Part shown: positions 53,892 through 63,583 of the stretch, one piece after another | Layout: the number at the start of each line of letters is the position of its first letter | How positions within the stretch are numbered: the stretch's first letter is position 1 | Source: Bacteroidia bacterium | Lineage (GTDB): Bacteria > Bacteroidota > Bacteroidia > J057 | Length of the DNA stretch: 64,000 bases | NCBI GenBank assembly: GCA_045106685.1 | Contig: JBGCFB010000148.1 | Span: forward strand, 518 to 64,517 | Direction of reading: 5' to 3' | Made by a program: the position numbers and the translations under genes | Notes under the pieces: generated by a model | What the model saw: only the letters and a program-made list of their open reading frames with translations | What the model was told of the DNA's origin: nothing | Databases searched by the model: none

Positions 53892-55700
53892 ATGAAAAAA
53901 ATTCTGCTCTGCTCCCTTTCTTCACTTCTACTTTGCGTCATCACAATGGGCACAACCCAGGCCCAGGATGTACGCACGAAGAAGTTCATGCAACGCCTCA
54001 TTGAAGAAAAACTTCACTGGCCGGAAGGCATGAAACCTACCTTGCCAATAGAGGCAAACAAGGCCAAAAATACAGCTGACGAACGCAGACTTACCACTGC
54101 TACAAGCAGGACTGATAGCGAAGCTGAAGCTCATATTGCGGTAAATCCCACCGACTCGCTCAATATCATCATGAGCTATATGCAATTTGGTCAGGCTGGC
54201 CTCAGTTTTCCTATCTATGTGACCTTTGACGGAGGTGATACCTGGTCTCAGCGCAGCCTCGATGTAGAGGCGATTGCCAATCTTGATACCAGTTTGATTT
54301 ATGCTGGTGGAGGTGATCCTATATTCGCTTTTGATGCCACAGGCAAATTATACTTTTCATGGCTGTTACTTGGCCTTAATGTGAATCAGCCCACAGCATT
54401 GGGGCTTCGCATGTTCTGGGTGTATTCAACCGATGGCGGTAATACCTTCCAATATCTTCCCAATGAAGGGAGAATTGTTGCAGAGGGTGCACTTGATGGG
54501 TTTACAAATGAAACACTGAATATCGGTGTAGGGGCGCCTGACCGTCAATGGATGGCATGTGATCTCACAGGAGGGCAATATGCGAATACGCTTTATCTCG
54601 CGAGTTTATTTGTGAGAAATGATAGCGGCCCGGCTCAGGCAAACGGTATGGTGGTTCGCTATAAGCGCGAGCTGGATTCTACGTTTCAGTCTGTGTTTGT
54701 ACAAGTTGGTGATACGGGCGACTTCGTATCGCAGCTCGCCAACATCGCCGTAGATAGCGAAGGTTTTGTTCATGTCTCATACGCCACGATAGGTGATTTA
54801 GGACGATACGATGGCGTATGGCACGCGATCTCTCGTGATGGAGGTCAGAGCTTTAGTGCTCCGGTCAGAGTCTCAGTCGCAGCCGATAACGATGATGCCG
54901 TATTGATACATGACCGGGAGAATATGGCCCCTAGTCTGGCCGTAGGACCTGAAACTGGCAGAGTATATATGACTTGGACCACTTGGGACACTGTGGCTGC
55001 TACACGACTTGCAAGAGGATTCTTTTCTATTTCAAATGACTACGGCCAAACCTGGTCTAATCCGCTGGATTTGAACTTGCTTGATGGTTCAGGACAGTTG
55101 CAGCATGCATTATATCCTGTTGTAGGGACAAATGCTGATGGCGATGTCTCTATTGCGTGGTATTCTGCTGATCTGAATAGCTTGTCAGTGTATCTTATGG
55201 TAACATCAGATGATGGTGGCGTGACCTTCAGTAACCCTGTTGTTATCAGCGCTGATACTACTGACTTTACCCAATACGGCGATAACCAGTTTTTTGGCGA
55301 CTACAACAACATCGCACGAGTAGGCTGCAAGTCTTTTGTCGCTTGGGCAGATGGTCGCGATAACCTTGGTGCCAAAATGTACATTGGTAGAATCGATCAC
55401 TGCGGCCCGATTTCAGGAATAGAGGTTACGCCTATTGAGGCTGGCTGGTCTATTTCAAACCCTTTCCCAAATCCTGCAAGGGCGTCTTTTTCCATTGAGC
55501 TAAATAATGAAAAGCCAGGAACCTGGACAGCTAAGCTCATTAACGCTGAAGGCAAAGTGGTCAAAACCTACGCCCCGCAAACAATGACTTCCGGAGAACA
55601 TCGTCTGGACTTCGATCTTGATGCCGTTGCTGCTGGCGCATACTGGATGCATATCAGTGATGGAAGCGTACATGCAACGCGTATGGTTGTGAAGCGGTAG
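53892..55700 (+). CDS. BNR/Asp-box repeat (sialidase-fold-like) secreted protein with a T9SS type-A C-terminal sorting domain
   Basis: Asp-boxes are TFDGGDTWS, STDGGNTFQ, SRDGGQSFS, SNDYGQTWS and TSDDGGVTFS. The tail is SNPFPNPARASFSIEL...AAGAYWMHISDG. Confidence 0.8.
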   Translation: MKKILLCSLSSLLLCVITMGTTQAQDVRTKKFMQRLIEEKLHWPEGMKPTLPIEANKAKNTADERRLTTATSRTDSEAEAHIAVNPTDSLNIIMSYMQFGQAGLSFPIYVTFDGGDTWSQRSLDVEAIANLDTSLIYAGGGDPIFAFDATGKLYFSWLLLGLNVNQPTALGLRMFWVYSTDGGNTFQYLPNEGRIVAEGALDGFTNETLNIGVGAPDRQWMACDLTGGQYANTLYLASLFVRNDSGPAQANGMVVRYKRELDSTFQSVFVQVGDTGDFVSQLANIAVDSEGFVHVSYATIGDLGRYDGVWHAISRDGGQSFSAPVRVSVAADNDDAVLIHDRENMAPSLAVGPETGRVYMTWTTWDTVAATRLARGFFSISNDYGQTWSNPLDLNLLDGSGQLQHALYPVVGTNADGDVSIAWYSADLNSLSVYLMVTSDDGGVTFSNPVVISADTTDFTQYGDNQFFGDYNNIARVGCKSFVAWADGRDNLGAKMYIGRIDHCGPISGIEVTPIEAGWSISNPFPNPARASFSIELNNEKPGTWTAKLINAEGKVVKTYAPQTMTSGEHRLDFDLDAVAAGAYWMHISDGSVHATRMVVKR

Positions 55701-55709
55701 CATGAGTTA

Positions 55710-55776
55710 AAAGTGCATAGTAGAAAGTTCAAAGTGCAGAGGTGCCTTCAAATTTGAACTTTCTACTATGCACTTT
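55710..55776. terminator. 24-bp perfect stem-loop between convergent genes (putative bidirectional terminator)
   Basis: AAAGTGCATAGTAGAAAGTTCAAA (55710-55733) pairs with TTTGAACTTTCTACTATGCACTTT (55753-55776) around a 19-nt loop. Confidence 0.65.
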
Positions 55777-55780
55777 ATAC

Positions 55781-58700
55781 TTACATACGACGATATATCG
55801 CCAGCAGAAATCCAGCTACCAGTACAAAAGTACCAAGCCAGAGGACGTTAATAAATGGCTTGCGAATCGCTTTGAACACGATGAAGTCGTTGAATGGATT
55901 CGTTTTTTCCTGAGCCTGGAAGGTCGAAACGCCAGTGGCCGGATCGATGCTTACCAATGCAAAGTCCATGAACATACGTTCTGCGGGAGACTGCGTCATG
56001 CTGATTTTTCCAGACTTATCTACCAGGAAAGTAGGGCGGACCAAAGCCGTGTCATTCTCCTTTATTACGAACAGGTTTGCAGCTACCACCACTTCAAATT
56101 GATCAGCGAGCTCTTTGCGCTCCTTGATGACATTGGTCATGCTATGGAGCAGTACCTTGGTGTCACCCAGGTAGGTCGTGTCGCCTTGCTTAAGCTTGAA
56201 GTCATGGTAAGTGTACTTATCCTCGGCTGTTTCGTCAGCGGGTACCTGCGACACGTGCACGTAGAGATCACGATTGAGGTAGACGCGTCGCGAAGGGTGA
56301 GCGATGATGCTGCGCATCTCGGTATTCACTTCTACTTCTGGATATAGGGTGAAAGCCTTGGCTGTATCGACGAGGACCGTATCGGCGCGATTCTCGCGCT
56401 TGAGGCGTTTGAGTGGTTCAAACTTGATGCCGTATAGTGAGCGATTATTGATGTGTGGAGGCTTTATTTCGAGGATGTTTTTATTCAAAAACTCTTCGAC
56501 ATATTCCAGATCAAGCTCGCCTTTCAGACTTTCGTCAGCTGCCGCTTCTTCTATATCAGAAGTGCTGTGAATCGTTTTGTCGTTTTCATCTTTTTTTACA
56601 AAAACACTTCGCGGCATAGAAAGACCAAATTCATCATTCGTAGCATCGCGAAAACGTACTTTGAAAAACTCAGGAGTTTCTTCGATTACCTTAAGACTTT
56701 TGATCGGCGGGATGGCTTCTTTTTCGCCTGTATATGTAACCTGATAGCCAGGAATGTATCGAGGGAAACCATTTACCAAACGAACATTATCCATGCGTTC
56801 GGCCTCATTCGAAAAGCCTTGTAGCTCGTCTGGTGTGATGTTTTGAGAAACAATATTATCATAGCCAGAAGAATACAGAATGCCAATAAGCATAAGACCA
56901 AAACCAATATGAGCAAGTGAACCGCCCATTGTTTTGAGCTTGGCCTTTTTAGCCCCAACCATTGAAAAGAGAACATCAAGTCCTGCAATAACAATAAACA
57001 GTGAACTAAACAGCATCATCTCATCGGCGATGCCCATAAAGCCGCCAGTGAGCATTCCTATAAACCCTTGTTCGCGTTCTTCAGCAAAAGCGCTGTCGTA
57101 CACAAAGTTCATCTCGGCATAGAGATTTGCCACAATAAGCGCACTGCCGATAATGACAGCCGCCAGGAATGGACGAAACAACGCTTCTCCAACCCCTTTT
57201 TTCTTGCCAATATTCCACCATAAAAACTGCCCTACGCCTGAAAAAATACCAAAGGCTACAGCGAGCCATACATTCCAGTTGTAATAGAAAAACTGGATTT
57301 CGGCAGGAGGAGCTACGTTGGTGCCAAAAATCTTATTGATTACCGGCAATGAAGTCGTAAGAAGAATTTCGGTAGCGGAAAAAAGCAGGGTTAACATGCC
57401 TAAAAACAGCAATGTTTCGGCAGAGAAAATCTTGGATTCTTTATCATTGGTAGGAATGATATTCCAGCGCCAGCTAAGTGCAACTACACTCGCAAAGGCG
57501 TAAATCGCTACTAGCAGGATCAACTGGCCCGAAAGACCAAGGTCTGTAAAGGTGTGCACCGATGTGTCTCCCAGAATTCCGGAACGCGTCAGGAAGGTTG
57601 CATAGAGCACCAGGAAGAAGGTTGCGATGACCAGAATCATCGACGTCTTGAGCGAGCCTTTGCTGCGCTGATAGAGGAGCAAGGCGTGCAAAGATGCAAT
57701 GCCTACAATCCATGGCACAAGCGAGCCATTTTCAACCGGGTCCCAGTTCCAGTAACCACCAAAGTTGAGGGTTTCGTATGCCCAGTAGCCACCCATGATG
57801 ATGCCTATACCGAGAATCATTACAGAGAAGATCGTCCAGGGCATTGACGGCTTTATCCAGCCTGTGAAGTCGCCTCGTATCAAGCCAGCGATTACAAATG
57901 CAAACGGAACCGCTGTAGATGCAAAACCCAAAAAGAGGGTAGGAGGGTGGATCACCATCCAGTAGTTTTGAAGCAGGCTATTCAGACCATTACCGTTGGT
58001 AGGTACAAAGTCTGGATTACTTGCATAGACTGGATTATTTGGGAAAGCTTCTTTGAGCGAAAGAAAAGGCGTTGAGCCAATTTTCCAGGTATCGATATCA
58101 AAGAAAAACACGCTAAAAGCACCGGCAGTAAGCACAAGCGCCGCCATGATCTCTCCGAAATGACGCTTCTTGGAGCTGATCTCGATCAGGCTCAGAAGGC
58201 CGTAGCCCCACATAAATAGCAAAGGAACGGCGAACATCATGCTGCTGGCAGAGTCGAACATGTTGCCAATGCTCCATGGAGAAGCAAAGCCTTCTTTTGC
58301 TACAAAGAGCGTGATGATAGAAGCAAGTGCGAGGAGCATACCGCCTTGGCGAATGCTTGAATTGCCCGATTGAAGGGTTTCTGTTTGGGGGCTTAACTCA
58401 CGATAAAGCAGGTAACCTGCAGGAATAATGACCAGCAAGCATAGTATAATATACACGCTTGTGGCGGGGACATAGGCCCCAAGAATCATAGAACTGAGCA
58501 CAAGCTCTACTGAGGCGATAACTCCCAGTGCCAGGTATTTCCACTGTTTCGGTCCTTTCCAGAGCATAAGCATCCCCAGCACAGAGTGCCAGAACGACCA
58601 AAGCAGGAAGCTCCCTTCTTGCCCTTCCCAAAAACAGGAAATCATATAATAGATAGGAAGCTCATTGCTGGAGTGAGCCCATACGTAGTGGTATTCGTAG

Positions 58701-58894
58701 TTGTGGGAAGCGATAAGCCAAAACAAAAAGCCTATGATGCCCAGCACGCTAGCCATGTGCACACTGAAGGCAATGGCTCCCATGCTCGCCCAGCTTTTTT
58801 TCTCAGCCTCTGGTCTGGACTCTCGCCATAATAGAGCAATCGTCGCTACAAGCGCACTAGCAAAAGAAAGGGATGTGAATAAGTGGCCTAGCAT
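55781..58894 (-). CDS. ccmF: Cytochrome c-type biogenesis protein CcmF (heme lyase), expanded 1037-aa form
   Basis: YHYVWAHSSNELPIYYMISCFWEGQEGSFLLW, IHPPTLFLGF and the WWD-type motif GGYWNWDPVENGSLVPW align by eye with E. coli CcmF. Confidence 0.85.
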   Translation of the reverse strand: MLGHLFTSLSFASALVATIALLWRESRPEAEKKSWASMGAIAFSVHMASVLGIIGFLFWLIASHNYEYHYVWAHSSNELPIYYMISCFWEGQEGSFLLWSFWHSVLGMLMLWKGPKQWKYLALGVIASVELVLSSMILGAYVPATSVYIILCLLVIIPAGYLLYRELSPQTETLQSGNSSIRQGGMLLALASIITLFVAKEGFASPWSIGNMFDSASSMMFAVPLLFMWGYGLLSLIEISSKKRHFGEIMAALVLTAGAFSVFFFDIDTWKIGSTPFLSLKEAFPNNPVYASNPDFVPTNGNGLNSLLQNYWMVIHPPTLFLGFASTAVPFAFVIAGLIRGDFTGWIKPSMPWTIFSVMILGIGIIMGGYWAYETLNFGGYWNWDPVENGSLVPWIVGIASLHALLLYQRSKGSLKTSMILVIATFFLVLYATFLTRSGILGDTSVHTFTDLGLSGQLILLVAIYAFASVVALSWRWNIIPTNDKESKIFSAETLLFLGMLTLLFSATEILLTTSLPVINKIFGTNVAPPAEIQFFYYNWNVWLAVAFGIFSGVGQFLWWNIGKKKGVGEALFRPFLAAVIIGSALIVANLYAEMNFVYDSAFAEEREQGFIGMLTGGFMGIADEMMLFSSLFIVIAGLDVLFSMVGAKKAKLKTMGGSLAHIGFGLMLIGILYSSGYDNIVSQNITPDELQGFSNEAERMDNVRLVNGFPRYIPGYQVTYTGEKEAIPPIKSLKVIEETPEFFKVRFRDATNDEFGLSMPRSVFVKKDENDKTIHSTSDIEEAAADESLKGELDLEYVEEFLNKNILEIKPPHINNRSLYGIKFEPLKRLKRENRADTVLVDTAKAFTLYPEVEVNTEMRSIIAHPSRRVYLNRDLYVHVSQVPADETAEDKYTYHDFKLKQGDTTYLGDTKVLLHSMTNVIKERKELADQFEVVVAANLFVIKENDTALVRPTFLVDKSGKISMTQSPAERMFMDFALVSIDPATGVSTFQAQEKTNPFNDFIVFKAIRKPFINVLWLGTFVLVAGFLLAIYRRM

Positions 58895-58996
58895 GTATAT
58901 TGGTTTTTTTAATGGATGATGAGCAATGAATAATTAATACTAAGGGGTTTAGACCTCTTTTTCTTGCATTATCCATTGTACATTATTCATTATAAC

Positions 58997-59371
58997 TTAC
59001 TTGAGTTCCGGTTCTTCTTCTTCGTATTTTGACGGGCATTTTGTAACGATATCATCGGCGATAAAGCCTTCATCGTGATAGCGACCGATGAGCACTACTT
59101 TTTCAGCTTGGTCAAAATTTGAAGGCTTTGGATCAAAATAAGTAACCCACTCAACGTTTTGAAGGCTGTCTTGAACGTAGAACTGGAACTTGTTGGCTTC
59201 CTCTACGATTTGGTCGCGCTTGACCCACTCGCCAGCGACATGGATGGTTTTGCCCGTTTCTTTTGCAAGACCAAAGTCAGCATAGCGGCTTGCATTTTTT
59301 GACAGACTAACACCAAAGAATACCAAACCCGCGGCAATAGCCACTAAAAGAATTATTTGTTGAATTTTCAT
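58997..59371 (-). CDS. ccmE: Cytochrome c maturation heme chaperone CcmE, CxxxY variant
   Basis: An N-terminal TM anchor and an OB-like body are present. The C-terminal motif KCPSKY stands where proteobacterial CcmE has HxxxY. Confidence 0.8.
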   Translation of the reverse strand: MKIQQIILLVAIAAGLVFFGVSLSKNASRYADFGLAKETGKTIHVAGEWVKRDQIVEEANKFQFYVQDSLQNVEWVTYFDPKPSNFDQAEKVVLIGRYHDEGFIADDIVTKCPSKYEEEEPELK

Positions 59372-59378
59372 GATGAGG

Positions 59379-59549
59379 CTATTTATTCATTTGCTTTTCC
59401 AATTTGCGAGTGCGCAATTCGGTACGGACCATTACTGCAATAAAGACCACGAAAATAACGCTTATCACAGCGAGGACAGCATTAATTTTACCACTGCGGA
59501 GCAGCGGATCAGATTGCAGAAGAAGCGAAAATATGCTCAGTTTTATCAT
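59379..59549 (-). CDS. ccmD: CcmD-like small membrane protein (56 aa), below the ORF-track cutoff
   Basis: My translation is MIKLSIFSLLLQSDPLLRSGKINAVLAVISVIFVVFIAVMVRTELRTRKLEKQMNK*. It has a single TM segment and sits between ccmC and ccmE with 7-9 nt gaps. Confidence 0.5.
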   Translation of the reverse strand: MIKLSIFSLLLQSDPLLRSGKINAVLAVISVIFVVFIAVMVRTELRTRKLEKQMNK

Positions 59550-59558
59550 GTTCGGTAG

Positions 59559-60338
59559 TTATGCCTTTTGGGCGGTTTGGCGTTTCCAGTCTGCCTCAGA
59601 CTGTTTTTCTTCCTGACGGATAAACAGTACTGTGATTCGACTGCGTAGTTCCCACATCCAGAGGCTGAGAAAAATAAAGCCCAATGCCGCAGGATAAAGA
59701 ATCATGCGGTAGTGATTGGTGACGTCTTTTTTACTAAAAAGCTCGGTTGTCCCTCCATTTGCAGTAGGGTGAAGCCCATCCAGCATCCTTGGGATGACGA
59801 AGAATAGTGGGATAAGTGCTGCAAAGGCGAATATGTTAAGCACCGCAGAAATACGGGCGCGCTGTCCAGGTTCCTGAAAACTTGCTCTCAGTAGAAAATA
59901 ACCAAGATAGATCAGAAGGGCAATGAGCGCACAAGTCTGAATCGGATCCCAAAGCCACCAAGCGCTTAGCTTAGCCGGGTTTATATTTTCACCCCAACTT
60001 ACTCGTCCCCAAATAATACCAGTAACTAAACCCAGAATATTCAGCATCACGCCTACAGATGCAGCCTCAACAGCTTTTGCATCACTATACATAGGCTCAC
60101 CGCCAATATTGGATTCGGGATCAGTTTGTCGCAAATACTTGATACTGTACCAAACAGATACCGTCATGATGACGACTTCGGCAAACCACATGGGTACGTG
60201 GTAAAACAAATTGCGGCTACTTTGCTCTAAGCCACCCATGCGTGGAAGGCTTACAGTCAAGCCATAAAAGAGCGCGTAGGCCACCAGGGCTATTCCCGCT
60301 ACCTTATATCCGGTGTTGAGTATCTGTTTAAAATTCAT
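59559..60338 (-). CDS. ccmC: Heme exporter protein CcmC
   Basis: The WWD motif is SAWWLWDPIQT. I moved the start to Met30 (MNFKQILN..., complement of 60336-60338), which avoids overlap with the divergent gene. Confidence 0.85.
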   Translation of the reverse strand: MNFKQILNTGYKVAGIALVAYALFYGLTVSLPRMGGLEQSSRNLFYHVPMWFAEVVIMTVSVWYSIKYLRQTDPESNIGGEPMYSDAKAVEAASVGVMLNILGLVTGIIWGRVSWGENINPAKLSAWWLWDPIQTCALIALLIYLGYFLLRASFQEPGQRARISAVLNIFAFAALIPLFFVIPRMLDGLHPTANGGTTELFSKKDVTNHYRMILYPAALGFIFLSLWMWELRSRITVLFIRQEEKQSEADWKRQTAQKA

Positions 60339-60411
60339 TTTGTGGGCACAAAGATAACCTAAATGGGAATAAAATTGATGGTGACTTTTGTTTTTACCGA
60401 TATTCGCGCTC

Positions 60412-61221
60412 ATGAAGTCAAACACAGCCTTATTACACGACTTACACGCTCAAATTCCTGCGCTTATAAAACGTGCTGGAGCATTCGCTTTAAAAGAGTT
60501 TAAAAGCTTTTCCTCCAAGCATATTGAATTCAAAGGAAAGAACAACATGTTTACCTACGTGGATGTTCGAACCGAAGAGATTTTGAAAGAAGGCCTGAAC
60601 GAACTACTTCCAGGTGCAGGATTTATTAACGAAGAAAGTGACAATCAGGAGGGCGAGACCGATTACACCTGGATTATTGATCCAATCGATGGAACGACTA
60701 ATTTTATTCACGGTGTTCCGCTTTTTGCCATTTGCGTGGCTTTGCAATATCAGGATGAAATAATGCTCGGCTACATCTATGAGGTGTCGCACGACGAGAT
60801 GTATTCCGCTGTAGTAGGGGAGGGTGCCTTTTTGAATGATGAGCCTATTCGGGTGAGTGTTGCACCGACGCTGAGTGATAGCCTCGTAGGTACAGGATTT
60901 CCATATCGCCAGGGGCCTGGATATGAGGATTACCTACGACTCGTTACCAAGGTGTTGAAAGAGACACACGGCATGCGCCGCCTCGGAAGTGCGGCTATTG
61001 ACCTGGCCTACGTGGCCGCAGGGCGCCTGGAAGGCTTTTTAGAGTTTGGACTAAGTCCTTGGGACGTTGCTGCCGGAGCACTTATCGTGCAGGAAGCAGG
61101 CGGTACTGTCACCGATTTCAAAGGTGGCGATAACTATATTTTTGGAAAAAGAATTATCGCCACCAATGGTTTGATCCACAATGAAGCTGTGGAAATTATT
61201 CGCTCGTCAGGTGTGGAGTAA
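60412..61221 (+). CDS. suhB: Inositol monophosphatase family protein
   Basis: WIIDPIDGTTNFIHG, GFPYR and GSAAIDLAYVAAGR are present. I moved the start to ATG 60412 (MKSNTALL...). Confidence 0.9.
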   Translation: MKSNTALLHDLHAQIPALIKRAGAFALKEFKSFSSKHIEFKGKNNMFTYVDVRTEEILKEGLNELLPGAGFINEESDNQEGETDYTWIIDPIDGTTNFIHGVPLFAICVALQYQDEIMLGYIYEVSHDEMYSAVVGEGAFLNDEPIRVSVAPTLSDSLVGTGFPYRQGPGYEDYLRLVTKVLKETHGMRRLGSAAIDLAYVAAGRLEGFLEFGLSPWDVAAGALIVQEAGGTVTDFKGGDNYIFGKRIIATNGLIHNEAVEIIRSSGVE

Positions 61222-61379
61222 TTAGCTGATTTGATTATTAGCTAATTTGTTAATGAGGAGGCAAAAAGCGCTCCATCATCAAAATCAGCATTCGTCATGA
61301 ATCATTAATAATGGACGATGAACAATCTCAAACTGTCAAATCGTCCATCATCAAATTATTCATCATCAAAATCAGCTAA

Positions 61380-62411
61380 TCAGTCAGCTACCTGTTCTTG
61401 TTCTTCGACATAGCCGTCTTCGTAGTCACCACCACTTCCGCCGTCGTAGCCTCCGTAGTCTTCATCCTCAACTTCGTACTCCTCTTCTACATATTCGATT
61501 TCATCTTCGCCTAGCTTGCGAACTTCACGTGCGACATCGTCGCCCTGTTCGTTTTTGCCAAGGCTAAATTCTACAAGATCACCTTCATGGAATTCATTGA
61601 ATTCACCTTCAGTGATATCTCCATAGAAGAAGAAGAGGTTATTGTTAGGGAATTTGATGAAGCCGTAACCATCCTTGAGTGAAAGTACTTCACTGGTATG
61701 GCGCTCTGCAGAGGTAGGCTTGTTTTTAGGCTTTGCGTGGCCAACATTAGGCTGAACAAACAAATGCTTGACAAGCTCATTTTCGTTGCCTTCATCATTA
61801 TCGATCAACTTATGCATCTCGAGAGGGTAGGATGCCTCTTTAAGAAGATCTTGTGAAGTACGTGTTACTTGCATACGGCCAGTGTCATCGCTGAATGAGA
61901 AGTCCCATCCAAGTACCATGACACGAACACCAAGTGCATTCAGTTTGCGAACGAGGGGCACATAGTCTCCATCCGAGCCAATCAGTACAACGACTTCAAG
62001 TCCTTTAATAGCGGCCATTTCGTAAGCTTCTAAAGAAAGCCAGACATCGATGCTGTGATCGTCACGACGGTTAGCGAAGCCACGCAGGGGTAAGTAATGC
62101 GTGATAACACCTTCGGACATGAGAATATCATCAAATACGCGATCGTAATAGAGAAGATTGCCACGTTGGCTTGCATCTCTTGCATTGAGGCGACCACGAA
62201 AATAATGGGCATTCACAATCTGGCAGTGGTGTGCACTATTCCCTTCCTCTGCTGCTACTTGATGGCGTATAAAATTGTGAAGACCGGCTATACTAAGGCG
62301 ACTTTTCCGAGCATGCTCGTAGTTGTAATAATTGCTTACATGATGGAAATAATTGCCGTCGTAAAAAACTCCTATTCGGGTTAACCCCTTTGAAGTAGAG
62401 CTTTGAGTCAT
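61380..62411 (-). CDS. NYN/LabA-like nuclease domain fused to a cold-shock-like OB domain and an acidic Tyr/Gly-rich tail
   Basis: The NYN-like part reads RIGVFYDGNYF...VVLIGSDGDYVPLVRKLNALGVRVMVLGW. The CSD-like part reads SLKDGYGFIKFPNNNLFFFYGDI...EGDLVEFSL. The tail reads EDEIEYVEEEYEVEDEDYGGYDGGSGGDYEDGYVEEQEQ. Confidence 0.75.
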   Translation of the reverse strand: MTQSSTSKGLTRIGVFYDGNYFHHVSNYYNYEHARKSRLSIAGLHNFIRHQVAAEEGNSAHHCQIVNAHYFRGRLNARDASQRGNLLYYDRVFDDILMSEGVITHYLPLRGFANRRDDHSIDVWLSLEAYEMAAIKGLEVVVLIGSDGDYVPLVRKLNALGVRVMVLGWDFSFSDDTGRMQVTRTSQDLLKEASYPLEMHKLIDNDEGNENELVKHLFVQPNVGHAKPKNKPTSAERHTSEVLSLKDGYGFIKFPNNNLFFFYGDITEGEFNEFHEGDLVEFSLGKNEQGDDVAREVRKLGEDEIEYVEEEYEVEDEDYGGYDGGSGGDYEDGYVEEQEQVAD

Positions 62412-62641
62412 AATGTAGTATTTATGTTACAGGAATATTGATTCGATATCGTACAGCTGTTAACGGTGCGCGCAAATTACAGCATTATTTTGTTTTTTCA
62501 GCCTTATATATAGATTATCGTGAATGTGAAGAGGAGAGGGGTTTGGCGAATATCCCCAAGCCGTGCTGATTATCTCGTCTTACTCCCAGCTTTTTGCTAG
62601 CTTGCGCCGCCATAATCATCGTGTGATAAAATTGATTTTTC

Positions 62642-63583
62642 ATGCTTCTCAATACCAATTTTCAGTTTACAGGACAGCAAGGACATTACCAGGGCAAAGT
62701 GCGTGATGTCTACGATATCAATGACACGCATTTGGTCATTGTAGCGTCAGACCGGATTTCGTCTTTTGACTACATTCTTCCCAAGCCAATTCCATATAAA
62801 GGGCAGGTTTTAAACGAAACTTCTGCATACTTTTTTGAACGGGCAAAAGAGATTGTTCCTACCCATGTGATCGCTGTTCCTGACCCCAATGTGACGATAG
62901 GTCGCAAGTGCAAGGCATTCCCTATAGAAGTAGTCATTCGAGGGTACCTTGCTGGTCATGCCTGGCGCGTGTATCGCGACGGAGGCCGCGAAGTATGCGG
63001 TGTTAAGCTTCCAGAAGGACTCAAGCAGAACGACAAGCTCCCTGAGCCTATCATTACACCTGCGACCAAGTCCCTTATCGGTCACGACGAGGATATTTCC
63101 GAGATGGATATTATCCGTTCAGGGCTTATCGTTGACGAAGATTGGGCACGCATTCGCCATTATGGTTTGGAGCTATTTAAGCTTGGTACCGAAATGGCCG
63201 CAGAACGCGGACTTATTCTCATGGATACGAAGTACGAGTTTGGGGCACATGGCCATGATATTATGGTCATCGATGAAATCCATACGCCGGACTCCTCGCG
63301 ATACATGTATGCCGAGGGCTATGAAGAGCGCCAGGCCAAAGGCGAAGCGCAACGCCAACTTTCAAAAGAATTTGTGCGCGAATGGCTTATGGAAAATGGC
63401 TTCCAGGGCCTTGATGGCCAGTCGATGCCCGATATGCCTAATGCTTTTGTAGGAAGCGTAACCGACCGTTATGTCGAACTCTACGAGCAGATCACAGGAA
63501 ATAATTTCCAAAAAGGTGATATCAGCAATATGGAGGAACGAATTGTAAACAATGTTGAGGAAGCACTCGCTGCGCTTGTCTAA
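62642..63583 (+). CDS. purC: Phosphoribosylaminoimidazole-succinocarboxamide (SAICAR) synthase
   Basis: YQGKVRDVYD, RISSFD and LILMDTKYEFG are present in a 313-aa long-form PurC. Confidence 0.95.
   Translation: MLLNTNFQFTGQQGHYQGKVRDVYDINDTHLVIVASDRISSFDYILPKPIPYKGQVLNETSAYFFERAKEIVPTHVIAVPDPNVTIGRKCKAFPIEVVIRGYLAGHAWRVYRDGGREVCGVKLPEGLKQNDKLPEPIITPATKSLIGHDEDISEMDIIRSGLIVDEDWARIRHYGLELFKLGTEMAAERGLILMDTKYEFGAHGHDIMVIDEIHTPDSSRYMYAEGYEERQAKGEAQRQLSKEFVREWLMENGFQGLDGQSMPDMPNAFVGSVTDRYVELYEQITGNNFQKGDISNMEERIVNNVEEALAALV

Noticed and set aside
55742-56347. 201-aa plus-strand ORF overlapping the 3' end of ccmF. The same applies to 16274-16837 opposite the htrA-like gene, 50140-50661 opposite the anti-sigma gene, 11395-11775 opposite the AAA-like gene and 62949-63452 in an alternative purC frame.
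   Set aside because: Each overlaps a gene with clear family motifs on the other strand or frame, and each has an implausible composition.
62520-62625. Possible ZTP (pfl) riboswitch upstream of purC
   Set aside because: TTTGGCGAAT (near 62543) and GCGCCGCC (near 62603) resemble the conserved UGGCGAA and CGCCGCC blocks. The essential continuation CUGGGC is absent (the sequence continues ATAATC), and I cannot draw the P1/P2 pseudoknot. Scanning with Rfam RF01750 would be decisive.
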